A stretch of 53,108 nt of DNA. Source: a virus. This document shows, piece by piece, positions 7,884-15,324 of the stretch. A model generated the notes under the pieces. That model ran no database searches. It saw only the letters and a program-made list of their open reading frames with translations, and was not told the DNA's origin. The stretch covers positions 1 through 53,108 of the IMG/VR virus record IMGVR_UViG_3300000271_000005, one strand, 5' to 3'. Position 1 is the stretch's first letter, and each line of letters starts with the position of its first letter. The position numbers were made by a program, and so were the translations under genes.

Positions 7884-8465
7884 TTACTCCGATACCGTCA
7901 CCAGAAACAGATGCGATTTTGCCTTTTCCGTGACGTCTTTTCCCGCGACCAGATCTTTCATGAGGTCAAGCATTTCATTTTGTTTCGTGAGTAATTCTTT
8001 ATTCTGCTCCGAGAGTTCTTCGAAACGCTTTTTCATCTGCATCGTCATGTCGTCATCCCTACTCGTGCGTATTTTGCGCTTGCCCCGCAAGGCCCATAGA
8101 TTATCGCGCATCGATTGCAGCAGATTAAGAAACTCTATTTCGTCCTGAGTATAAAGCAAACGGCAACCCTTATAGCGAAAGGGTTTCGTGCCCTTCCTAC
8201 TAAATTGGTCGTTTAATTGCAAACTGAATTCGTCGAATTTGTGGAAAAAATCACGATCTTCCAAACTATCCAGCAGACGATAACTCGTACGCTTCGAGGT
8301 ATCTAAAGTTGACTGAATCATTTTAGACACGCCCTGGGGCGCATAGATTATATTGTCATCGAAACTACAAAGATAGCGGAGGAGATACCGCGTAAGCGAG
8401 TCTGTATCTTTATTTCGACGAGCGTCGATGATTTGAGGCTCCAGAAAATTCAGGTCGTATTCCAT
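7884..8465 (-). CDS. Winged-helix DNA-binding protein (candidate regulator) with C-terminal coiled coil
   Basis: The segment VSKMIQSTLDTSKRTSYRLLDSLEDRDFF looks like a MarR/Rep-type wHTH. The gene sits next to a long AT-rich control region. Confidence 0.5.
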   Translation of the reverse strand: MEYDLNFLEPQIIDARRNKDTDSLTRYLLRYLCSFDDNIIYAPQGVSKMIQSTLDTSKRTSYRLLDSLEDRDFFHKFDEFSLQLNDQFSRKGTKPFRYKGCRLLYTQDEIEFLNLLQSMRDNLWALRGKRKIRTSRDDDMTMQMKKRFEELSEQNKELLTKQNEMLDLMKDLVAGKDVTEKAKSHLFLVTVSE

Positions 8466-8630
8466 ACCATCCCTGCCTGTTACAAAAAAACGGATCGCAA
8501 GCTAAGTCATCGGGTCCTGCCCGGCGATGCAATTAGCAAGTCGAATGATGAAAGTCTTGTTCTTTTAAAAAAACAAAGATCGTTTTTTAACCATACATCT
8601 GTGCTGTGTCGGTCAAAGCGTTACGGACAA

Positions 8631-8649
8631 AGTGCCAAAACTTGGCACT
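8631..8649. promoter_or_regulatory. Palindromic operator-like site AGTGCCA-n5-TGGCACT (site 1)
   Basis: AGTGCCAAAACTTGGCACT with 8-bp perfect arms, inside the 0.9-kb divergent intergenic region. Confidence 0.55.
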
Positions 8650-8662
8650 TTAGAGGGGTATC

Positions 8663-8681
8663 AGTGCCAGATTTTGGCACT
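8663..8681. promoter_or_regulatory. Palindromic operator-like site AGTGCCA-n5-TGGCACT (site 2)
   Basis: AGTGCCAGATTTTGGCACT has the same half-sites. Its centre is 32 bp from site 1. Confidence 0.55.
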
Positions 8682-9173
8682 TTGGATGGTTTTTTTTTCG
8701 GTAATCATTGGGGTTTTTAAAACCCCCTTATATATCTATTCCCGGGGTTGCCGGTGTCTCGAAGCCGCCGAAGGCATGCCCGTCAATTTCCCGACCCCTG
8801 ACATTTTGCTGACTCGTGCGGATTGCCGAACCTTTCCCCCTCATCACGGTTAGCGAAACGAGCGTACTCTCGTTCGATTATCTTTTTCAGAGAACGCTAT
8901 GCTTTTTTGTTCACAAATTGAGCAGATCCGCTATACTCATGGCCTGCCAGCCTGAAATCCCCTTTCGGGCCTTGATATCATGATCATTAATCCCCCTCAA
9001 AAACATGTAACGGTTGGTACTCAAGGGTTACACGCCTCACGTTTCTGGTTCAGAAATCAGGTGTATCTCCGCAAACCGTTGCGGCGCAAAGGTTCGAAGA
9101 ATTTTTCGGCGAATGCATTTAAGAAATCTGATTCTCAACCATTCGCTGATCGATCTGTATTTACAGAGCTTTG

Positions 9174-9191
9174 GTGACAATTTATTGTCAC
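9174..9191. promoter_or_regulatory. Perfect palindrome GTGACAAT-TT-ATTGTCAC
   Basis: 8-bp arms, about 165 bp upstream of the 9355 gene. Confidence 0.45.
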
Positions 9192-9354
9192 TACATGATT
9201 TTTTGATGTGCACGCTAAAGCGTTGCTGCACAACATGCACAGGATAATCAACTGATGAAAAACCAGCGCTGACAAATCATCAACATTAACGGCAGCAGGG
9301 CTGACAGCCCTGTCGCGTATTTGGCAGGCTTGAAAAATAAGGAAGGAACCCCCT

Positions 9355-10188
9355 ATGACTGATGGCGATCGAAAACGAACGCACACGTCTTATAAGGCGA
9401 TGCTGGAGAGATGCAACGATTGGAAATCAAAGTCGTACCAGTATTATGGCGATAGAGGGATCGCCGTATGCGAAAGATGGCGAACCAGCTTCTCGGCCTT
9501 TGTTGCTGACATGGGTCTAAGGCCGGCGGGCAGAACATTGGATCGAATCGATAACACCAAAGGCTACGAGCCAGGGAACTGCAGATGGTCAACGTGGTCG
9601 GAACAGGCAAATAATCGGACGAATAATATCCCGGAAGACGTGAAGGCGCAGGTTATCGAGCTGAGAAAGGAAGGGTATTCATACGAGTTAATCTCCAAGA
9701 TGGCTCCTGTTTCCAGGGGGGCAGCACACCTCATCATTCGCGCTTTAGGCTGCGATCCTCTTACAATCAGAAAGCCGCCCGAGCTTGGCCGGCGGGAGTC
9801 AAAGTGGAAGCAGAAAATCATCGCATTAAGATCCGAAGGATACAGCTTCGAGGTTATTGCCCGTATGACGGGTGTCTCTCGCGGAAAGGCCTGCAAGATC
9901 ATCCGCGAGCTGGATCAAGATCCTCTGACAGAGAGAAAACCCGCCCCACCGGAAATTGACCTCAGGCGCGTATATCGCAAGGACAAAGGGATAAAGCCCT
10001 GGACGAGTCGCGAGGCGCGGCGTCTCAGAGAGCTTGGGTATTCGTTTCGGCGTATTGCCGAGCGGCTGAAGATAACAGAGGGCGTGGCAAGAGGGGTCAT
10101 CCGAAAGCTCGGTATTGACCCCATAGTAAAGCCGACGTGGAAAGGTTTGACCAAGGAGCTGATGGCAGATCATCATGCCGAGCCTTGA
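9355..10188 (+). CDS. DNA-binding protein: N-terminal YYGxRGI/LDRIDN..GYEPGNCRW module plus three tandem HTH repeats
   Basis: AAGGAAGGA SD. Three 45-47 aa repeats, each of the form L(R)xEGYS(Y/F)..I(A)..(V/I)(S/T).G....IR.LG.DP. Confidence 0.7.
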   Translation: MTDGDRKRTHTSYKAMLERCNDWKSKSYQYYGDRGIAVCERWRTSFSAFVADMGLRPAGRTLDRIDNTKGYEPGNCRWSTWSEQANNRTNNIPEDVKAQVIELRKEGYSYELISKMAPVSRGAAHLIIRALGCDPLTIRKPPELGRRESKWKQKIIALRSEGYSFEVIARMTGVSRGKACKIIRELDQDPLTERKPAPPEIDLRRVYRKDKGIKPWTSREARRLRELGYSFRRIAERLKITEGVARGVIRKLGIDPIVKPTWKGLTKELMADHHAEP

Positions 10189-10646
10189 GACACCACTGCC
10201 GCCCTGCGGCCTTCGGGCACCTATCGGTGCGCTCGTCCTCCGGTTGCCGCGTCGAGCAGCGTGCGTGCCGGGCCGGGTCGCCTCCGCTGCGCGGCGGTCG
10301 CCCCTATCAGCCCGCCCCACCCGCTGCTCCGACGGCTTAAAACGGCATACCACTTAGAACGCTGGAAAAGGGGTCGTGGCTGCGAGATCGTCGGGGGTGA
10401 CCCAAGCCCTTGAGCGGGGTCCATAGGAGCGCCTGGAATCGAAGTACCTGCGCCTGATAGTGGGGGCTGGACTGGTGGGTGGGGGAAGCCATCCGATCGG
10501 CCGGGACGGGTGAAAGCCGACATGTGTAAAAAAAGTCGTCCCAACGCGATCGAACGAGGGGGAAGCTATTCCCCCGGCGCGGGTTTGTGAAGCTGGGAAG
10601 ATTGCTCATCGAACGATGCCTCGACCCTGAGGCGCCCTTCGATTAA
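10189..10646. other. GC-rich ORF-free spacer between convergent genes (candidate structured RNA or recombination site)
   Basis: Only R/P/G-rich junk ORFs in all six frames. Several stable helices, including 10251-10261 with 10322-10333, 10217-10230 and 10558-10575. Confidence 0.4.
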
Positions 10647-11564
10647 TCAGCTTTCTTCCTTCGAGTACCTGCGAATGTGCTCCTTCACCCAGATCAATTT
10701 TACTTTCGAGCGATTGGGACCGAACGGTTGCCAGCGGAGATGAGTTTCAACAAAGGCCTCTTCCGCATTCATCACTCGCGGTTTCTTGTATTCGAACCCG
10801 ACGAGTGTGATCGGTATGGGACTGAGGTTTTCGCGCAACCACTGTCGCTGCTTTTTCGGGCTATGCGGACGCCGCATAGGTTTATATTCTCGCAGATCAG
10901 GATCACCGCTGTGAATGTAAAGGATACACTTAAGCAGGAACTCAACAAGGTCACGGCTGAACCCGGTCGGGCTGGTCGTGTTTTTGATGGATCTTTCGAT
11001 TGCCTGTTCCAATGTTTCGTCGTCTAAAAACAGTAACTTTATTTGATCGTGTCCCATCTGCCCGTCAGGTTGATTCTCGTTATGCAGAGGCACAATAATA
11101 TCAATTCGCTTGTTGAAGTTCTGTCCCTCTGGGGAAAGCCAAATCTTGTCCTGGGACTTGAACGCTGCAATATAAGCTGTTTGTGCATAGTCGCCGTTCT
11201 TCATGTCGAAAAGTTTGTCGTCAGGAAACTCGATGCAGCGCACAATGTTATCAAAGGGAATGTAGTCGATACTTACCTTGCAATCGGCTCGAAACAAAAC
11301 ATCGCCGAACTCGCGGGCGATCTTATAAACAAGCTCGCCCTGATACCAGAACAACTTCAAAAACGATATCACATGATAGGGATAGGTTTCCGGAAGGGCG
11401 TTCTTAAACATATCCTTGAGCATCTGGTTATAAAATTCAGCCACGAGCCATGGTGGAAATTCACCCGAGGCCATTCGCGCAGTAACGTCAACATCAAGTT
11501 CACCAGCTAATTTTTGAATCAAAGGCTTGAATTTCACCCAGTCCAGTATTCGCTTTTTTTTCAT
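10647..11564 (-). CDS. Hypothetical protein (305 aa)
   Basis: Long clean ORF in the AT-rich block. No motif recognised. Confidence 0.65.
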   Translation of the reverse strand: MKKKRILDWVKFKPLIQKLAGELDVDVTARMASGEFPPWLVAEFYNQMLKDMFKNALPETYPYHVISFLKLFWYQGELVYKIAREFGDVLFRADCKVSIDYIPFDNIVRCIEFPDDKLFDMKNGDYAQTAYIAAFKSQDKIWLSPEGQNFNKRIDIIVPLHNENQPDGQMGHDQIKLLFLDDETLEQAIERSIKNTTSPTGFSRDLVEFLLKCILYIHSGDPDLREYKPMRRPHSPKKQRQWLRENLSPIPITLVGFEYKKPRVMNAEEAFVETHLRWQPFGPNRSKVKLIWVKEHIRRYSKEES

Positions 11565-11749
11565 TTTTTTCCCTCCTCTTCAATTACCTGTTCATATTTT
11601 ATTTTTGGCCTTCTGCCTGCCTTCTTAAAGCGTTCCTTCAACTTTTCGACTTCATGAATTGCATCACTTTCACTGCCAACAACAAAAAAGAATCCGCTTC
11701 CTAAGCCTTCTATTTTGCTACTCCAGCTTATCGTCCATCTTTTTTTCAT
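11561..11749 (-). CDS. Hypothetical small protein (62 aa)
   Basis: The ATG at 11749 follows the GAAAGGG SD of the terminator-RBS cassette. The upstream part of the track ORF is the terminator sequence translated. Confidence 0.5.
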   Translation of the reverse strand: MKKRWTISWSSKIEGLGSGFFFVVGSESDAIHEVEKLKERFKKAGRRPKIKYEQVIEEEGKK

Positions 11750-11765
11750 TTGTTTTTTCCCTTTC

Positions 11766-11786
11766 AAAAAAAGGCCATCCGTGGCC
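11766..11786 (-). terminator. Rho-independent terminator (cassette copy 1)
   Basis: Minus strand reads GGCCA-CGGA-TGGCC followed by T7. Confidence 0.6.
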
Positions 11787-11866
11787 CAATGTCGAATCAA
11801 AATTTTGCTAACTCGATAGCTTTTACTATCGCTTCCTTAAGAGGCTCAAGAAGGCTTATACCAAGT

Positions 11867-12100
11867 TCACAGCCCAAGTTCATCGACTGGGTCACCCGAT
11901 TGTTGAGGCCTGAGCGAATCAAGCTCTCGATCAAGCTCAATAACAACAGCTTCCAGAACCAACTTATATCGAGCAAGGCTCTCAAATCCGGCCTCATGAA
12001 AAAGATCGGCAATTATATCTGCGATGAGATTTTTTATTTCATCGTCAGATGCGTCTTTGACTTTGAAGTTGAAGCTTTTCAAAATAAATTTGTTATCCAA
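11867..12100 (-). CDS. Hypothetical acidic small protein (77 aa, TTG start proposed)
   Basis: In-frame TTG 7 nt after GAAAGGG of cassette copy 2. The start is uncertain. Confidence 0.4.
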   Translation of the reverse strand: MDNKFILKSFNFKVKDASDDEIKNLIADIIADLFHEAGFESLARYKLVLEAVVIELDRELDSLRPQQSGDPVDELGL

Positions 12101-12116
12101 TTTGTTTACCCTTTCT

Positions 12117-12138
12117 AAAAAAAGGCCATCCGTGGTCC
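12117..12138 (-). terminator. Rho-independent terminator (cassette copy 2)
   Basis: Near-identical copy of the 11766-11786 hairpin with one change, followed by T7. Confidence 0.5.
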
Positions 12139-12154
12139 CAGAGTCGAGATTCAA

Positions 12155-12280
12155 TTACTTTGAATAGATGCCTTTTTCGTCTGACTTCAGTTCGCCATTT
12201 TTCCAAAGGCGCCATAGATTATCGCCGCATTGTTTTACTGTGAGCCCTGTGGCCTCAAAATCCTTAGCTGAAATTGACAA
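12155..12280 (-). CDS. Possible small MerR/excisionase-like HTH protein (41 aa, TTG start)
   Basis: Hand translation gives (M)SISAKDFEATGLTVKQCGDNLWRLWKNGELKSDEKGIYSK. No SD and no ATG or GTG start. Confidence 0.25.
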   Translation of the reverse strand: MSISAKDFEATGLTVKQCGDNLWRLWKNGELKSDEKGIYSK

Positions 12281-12320
12281 AAAAAGTCAAAATCTGATAA
12301 GCTATTGACATGTATTGACA
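12274..12320. promoter_or_regulatory. Cluster of TTGACA-containing repeats (TTGAC-A7-GTCAA inverted repeat; TATTGACA direct repeat x2)
   Basis: Read directly at 12274-12290, 12303-12310 and 12313-12320, between divergent small genes. Confidence 0.4.
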
Positions 12321-12375
12321 ATACGAGGCCAGAAAAAGGCTAAAAAACTTCAATTTCGATAGGAGTTATAAATCA

Positions 12376-12525
12376 ATGAAATCATTAAGGATTCAGCTTG
12401 ACGAAAAGATCTTGGAATCATTGGACAAACTTGCAGAGGATTTAGGCATGAAGACGGGATCATATATACAAATGATCCTGGGCCTTCATGTGAAGGAAAA
12501 TCAGGGGGAGGAAAAAACAGACTGA
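12376..12525 (+). CDS. Ribbon-helix-helix (CopG/Arc-like) protein, 49 aa, below the track cut-off
   Basis: TAGGAG SD. MKSLRIQLDEKILESLDKLAEDLGMKTGSYIQMILGLHV fits a strand-helix-helix pattern. Confidence 0.6.
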   Translation: MKSLRIQLDEKILESLDKLAEDLGMKTGSYIQMILGLHVKENQGEEKTD

Positions 12526-13583
12526 TTTATCGGGCAAAGCCATTGTCTTTCGATCTGATCAGCAACTCGCTGCATCATGAACGGCGGAACACTCATGCCG
12601 CAGACATATCCTGCTTCAACTTCTTTAAAGAAGTAATCCAATGGAAATGTTTGGCACACCATAATTTCAATTGGAGAAAAACGTCTTGGTTCGTCCCATC
12701 GAGTTGGCAGACCAGCAGCTGTTGCAGCAATTGTATTTGATGGAACGTTAGGATGCGCTTTCCAAGTATTAAAAAAGGATTGTTTAGGATGAACAGAAGA
12801 CAGGGATTTTCCCGGTTCTGTGAGTCTCCACCATTTTGCAAAAGCCTCCGATAAAGGCTTTACGCCGTGATTTGTGTACATTGGATGATGCTGAATTTCG
12901 GAAAATGCTTGCGCAAGCGTTATTGGGGTTTCGTGAAAATTCATTACTATAGGCGGTAACGCGAGACTTTGTTTCTTTGCTATAAAGAAAGTTCTTTCAC
13001 GTCTTTGCGGAACTCCCATTCTACTTGCGTTAAAAAGGAATAGCTGACAATCATATCCAGCGGATTTGAACTCTGCAAATATCTGCTTCACATAGCCTTT
13101 GGCATTGCCTAGTATGAGGCCCTTCACGTTCTCAGCTATGACAATTTTAGGCTTTAGCTTTTTTGCTGTGTCTATAAAGTGAAAAAAGAGATCATCCAGA
13201 ACCTGAACCGCCTGGCCCTCTCTGAATTTAGTTTCAACCGACCACTTTTTTTCTCGCGAACCAGACACGCTGAATGAGCTGCACGGTGGGGAGCCGTCAA
13301 GTATGTCGAGGTTGAATAGCTCCTCTGGCAGCTGACTGTCGGGGATCTTGTTGAAGTCCTGAACACCCATCAGATATGAATGCCGCGGGTTATGGTTCCG
13401 CCGATATAAATCCATCATCTGTGGATCGATTTCGACACCGCCTATAACGTCATAGCCGGCCAACTTGTATCCCATAGTTGAACCGCCGCCACAGTGAAAG
13501 CATGAGAATACTTTCAAACCGTTTTTAGGCACGTCCTTAAGGTCACTCAAATGCCATGGACCAGTTCGAAGAGGAGCAACCAC
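12501..13583 (-). CDS. DNA (cytosine-5)-methyltransferase
   Basis: Motif I FHCGGGS, motif IV GSPPCSSFS, motif VI AENVKGL, motif VIII QRRERTFFI. GTG start with an AAGGA SD. Confidence 0.9.
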   Translation of the reverse strand: MVAPLRTGPWHLSDLKDVPKNGLKVFSCFHCGGGSTMGYKLAGYDVIGGVEIDPQMMDLYRRNHNPRHSYLMGVQDFNKIPDSQLPEELFNLDILDGSPPCSSFSVSGSREKKWSVETKFREGQAVQVLDDLFFHFIDTAKKLKPKIVIAENVKGLILGNAKGYVKQIFAEFKSAGYDCQLFLFNASRMGVPQRRERTFFIAKKQSLALPPIVMNFHETPITLAQAFSEIQHHPMYTNHGVKPLSEAFAKWWRLTEPGKSLSSVHPKQSFFNTWKAHPNVPSNTIAATAAGLPTRWDEPRRFSPIEIMVCQTFPLDYFFKEVEAGYVCGMSVPPFMMQRVADQIERQWLCPINQSVFSSP

Positions 13584-13595
13584 TGAAATTATCCT

Positions 13596-14195
13596 TCAAT
13601 CAAATTCAAATTTGCACCGCGGACATTGATGCGCAAAATTCTGAAACTGGTCTTCCGTATATTCACGAGATCCGACCTTTTCCGGCTGGCTTCGAGGGCT
13701 TTCCTGATTAGGCTCAGATGCCTGATAATGTCCGCCTGATTCGTAGGCTTCATTAGCAGAGGGTGGATTATGAATTTCCGTACGCACTATGAATGGCTGG
13801 ATCTGCTGCATTGTGAACCCAGTCAGCTCCAAATCAACGGACAGAGTTTCCAGCTGACCCACAATCTTCTGCAGTTTGCCCACGTTCATCTGCGACATGC
13901 GGGCAAGCTGGTTATCCGCCACGATATCCGCAAGCTCCTGCGCCTCGTCAACGTAATCCTGATAGTCCACCGGGACCGATTCACAGCCAGCGGCTAGAGC
14001 AGCCGCCAGCGCGCCGTGACCCTTCGTTATGAACCCAGACCTGATCGAAACCGTGATCGGCCTGCGCCAGCCCTGGTATTTCAGAATCTCGACGAAAAGG
14101 TCGATCTGATCCTGCCCGTGCTCGTTCGGGTTGGCTGGATGGGGCTTCAAGGTCTTAGGATTCAATAGCTCACGATATGCGCAGCGGACTTCCAT
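13596..14195 (-). CDS. ParB N-terminal (ParB/Srx) domain protein with C-terminal CxxC ribbon
   Basis: KPHPANPNEH, ITKGHGALAAA, ADNQLA...LELTGF, as in the ParB module of ParB-methylase fusions. No methylase domain follows. Confidence 0.8.
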   Translation of the reverse strand: MEVRCAYRELLNPKTLKPHPANPNEHGQDQIDLFVEILKYQGWRRPITVSIRSGFITKGHGALAAALAAGCESVPVDYQDYVDEAQELADIVADNQLARMSQMNVGKLQKIVGQLETLSVDLELTGFTMQQIQPFIVRTEIHNPPSANEAYESGGHYQASEPNQESPRSQPEKVGSREYTEDQFQNFAHQCPRCKFEFD

Positions 14196-14198
14196 GGC

Positions 14199-14513
14199 TT
14201 AAATTATCTCCAGCTTTTTCGTGACGGTCGTTTTAACCTTGAATTGCTTTGGCACAGCGCGATAGATCTCGCAGACCTCGGATCCGAGTTCCAGGCCCTT
14301 GACCAGCTCCTGCAGCTCTTTCAGGGACGCCGACTTTACGAGGTTCACTTCGCCGGCGAGGCTCGACACCACGGCAAGCCACACGGTCTGGCTCTTCTTT
14401 TTGCTGTTGGCTTCTGTATTCTCCTGATCGGCGTCCAGCTGGAGGTCTTCGTCGGCAGTGGCTGCTGCTTCCGTGGCTGCTTCTGTGGCTTCGTTCGTCG
14501 TTTGCTCTTCCAT
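14199..14513 (-). CDS. Hypothetical protein with a strongly acidic N-terminal tail
   Basis: The first roughly 35 aa are E/D/T/A-rich (MEEQTTNEATEAATEAAATADEDLQLDADQENTE). Confidence 0.6.
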   Translation of the reverse strand: MEEQTTNEATEAATEAAATADEDLQLDADQENTEANSKKKSQTVWLAVVSSLAGEVNLVKSASLKELQELVKGLELGSEVCEIYRAVPKQFKVKTTVTKKLEII

Positions 14514-14526
14514 GTTTCAATCCCTC

Positions 14527-15321
14527 TTAAAGAATGTCGTTTGAGTATCGCTCGCGCAGGACGGCGAGGACTGTGTCGGTTGTGTTGTCGATCTCGAGTT
14601 TTTTCTGGAAGTGCTCGACGATCGTCATGAATTCAGCGACGGTTTTCTCATCGAAAAACAGCTGAATCATTCGGACGTGACTTTGCGCCACAGGCTGCGG
14701 CGCGGGCAGATTGTCGGTATGCGGCTGATCGTGGGCCGGTCCACCGGAGTGCTGGCTCTCGGTGGCAAACTGAGGCGCGGCCGCAAGAGGGGCTTCCGTC
14801 AGCTCTTCGGGTTCGTCCCCATAATCCTGCACCGCCAGGCCTGGATCAGCCGCCTGCTGGCTCGCCACGGTGCTGAGAAGGCTCTTGACCCGCACCGGCT
14901 CAAGTCCGGTAAGCTCCATTGAAAATCCCGTGTCGAGTTGAACCAGAAGCTCCGTAAGCTTGCCCGTATCCATCTCGCTCATGCGCTGCAGCTGATTGTC
15001 GGCGACGATATCAGCCAACTCCTGATCGTCGCTCTCGTAGTCCTGGTAATCGACCGGGACGATGCTATATCCGGCTGTCATGGCTGCTTCGTGGGCGCCG
15101 TGGCCTTTCGTGATGTAGCCCGAGCGCTTGGAGACGGTGATCGGCCGACGCCATCCCTGATATCCGAGGATGCTGATAAAGAGTTCTATTTGCTTCGGAG
15201 GATGCTTGTTCGGGTTGAGCGGGTGAGCTTTCAAAAGCCTGGGGTCGACTTGCGCGGCGTGGGCGCAGCGTATTGAGGCGTTCTTAATCAGACGCGATTC
15301 CGCTGGAGATACCTGTTCCAA
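14527..15321 (-). CDS. ParB N-terminal domain protein (paralog of 13596-14195)
   Basis: Shares the blocks YQGWRRPITVS, ITKGHGA, VPVDYQDY and QELADIVADNQL with the neighbouring ParB-like gene. Confidence 0.8.
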   Translation of the reverse strand: MEQVSPAESRLIKNASIRCAHAAQVDPRLLKAHPLNPNKHPPKQIELFISILGYQGWRRPITVSKRSGYITKGHGAHEAAMTAGYSIVPVDYQDYESDDQELADIVADNQLQRMSEMDTGKLTELLVQLDTGFSMELTGLEPVRVKSLLSTVASQQAADPGLAVQDYGDEPEELTEAPLAAAPQFATESQHSGGPAHDQPHTDNLPAPQPVAQSHVRMIQLFFDEKTVAEFMTIVEHFQKKLEIDNTTDTVLAVLRERYSNDIL

Positions 15322-15324
15322 GTA

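Noticed and set aside
8644-8690. TGGCAC elements resembling the -24 box of sigma-54 promoters
   Set aside because: No TTGC -12 element lies at the correct spacing. The TGGCAC is simply the right half of a perfect palindrome, which fits a dimeric-repressor operator better.
10371-10440. GGGTCGTG...GACCC and CGCCTGG elements reminiscent of a ZTP (pfl) riboswitch
   Set aside because: The P2 hairpin and conserved internal nucleotides do not fit. The pseudoknot complementarity is poor. No downstream gene exists for it to regulate, because the flanking genes converge.
10425-10450. TTCGATTCC (minus strand), a T-loop-like sequence suggesting a tRNA or tmRNA fragment
   Set aside because: The flanking bases cannot form a T-stem or acceptor stem. 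No cloverleaf could be built. I found no tRNA anywhere in the window by eye.
11797-12012. 71-aa minus-strand ORF overlapping 11867-12100 in another frame, possibly a programmed frameshift product
   Set aside because: No slippery heptamer or stimulatory structure is visible at the overlap. A short independent ORF (MNLGCELG...) cannot be excluded, but the evidence is insufficient.
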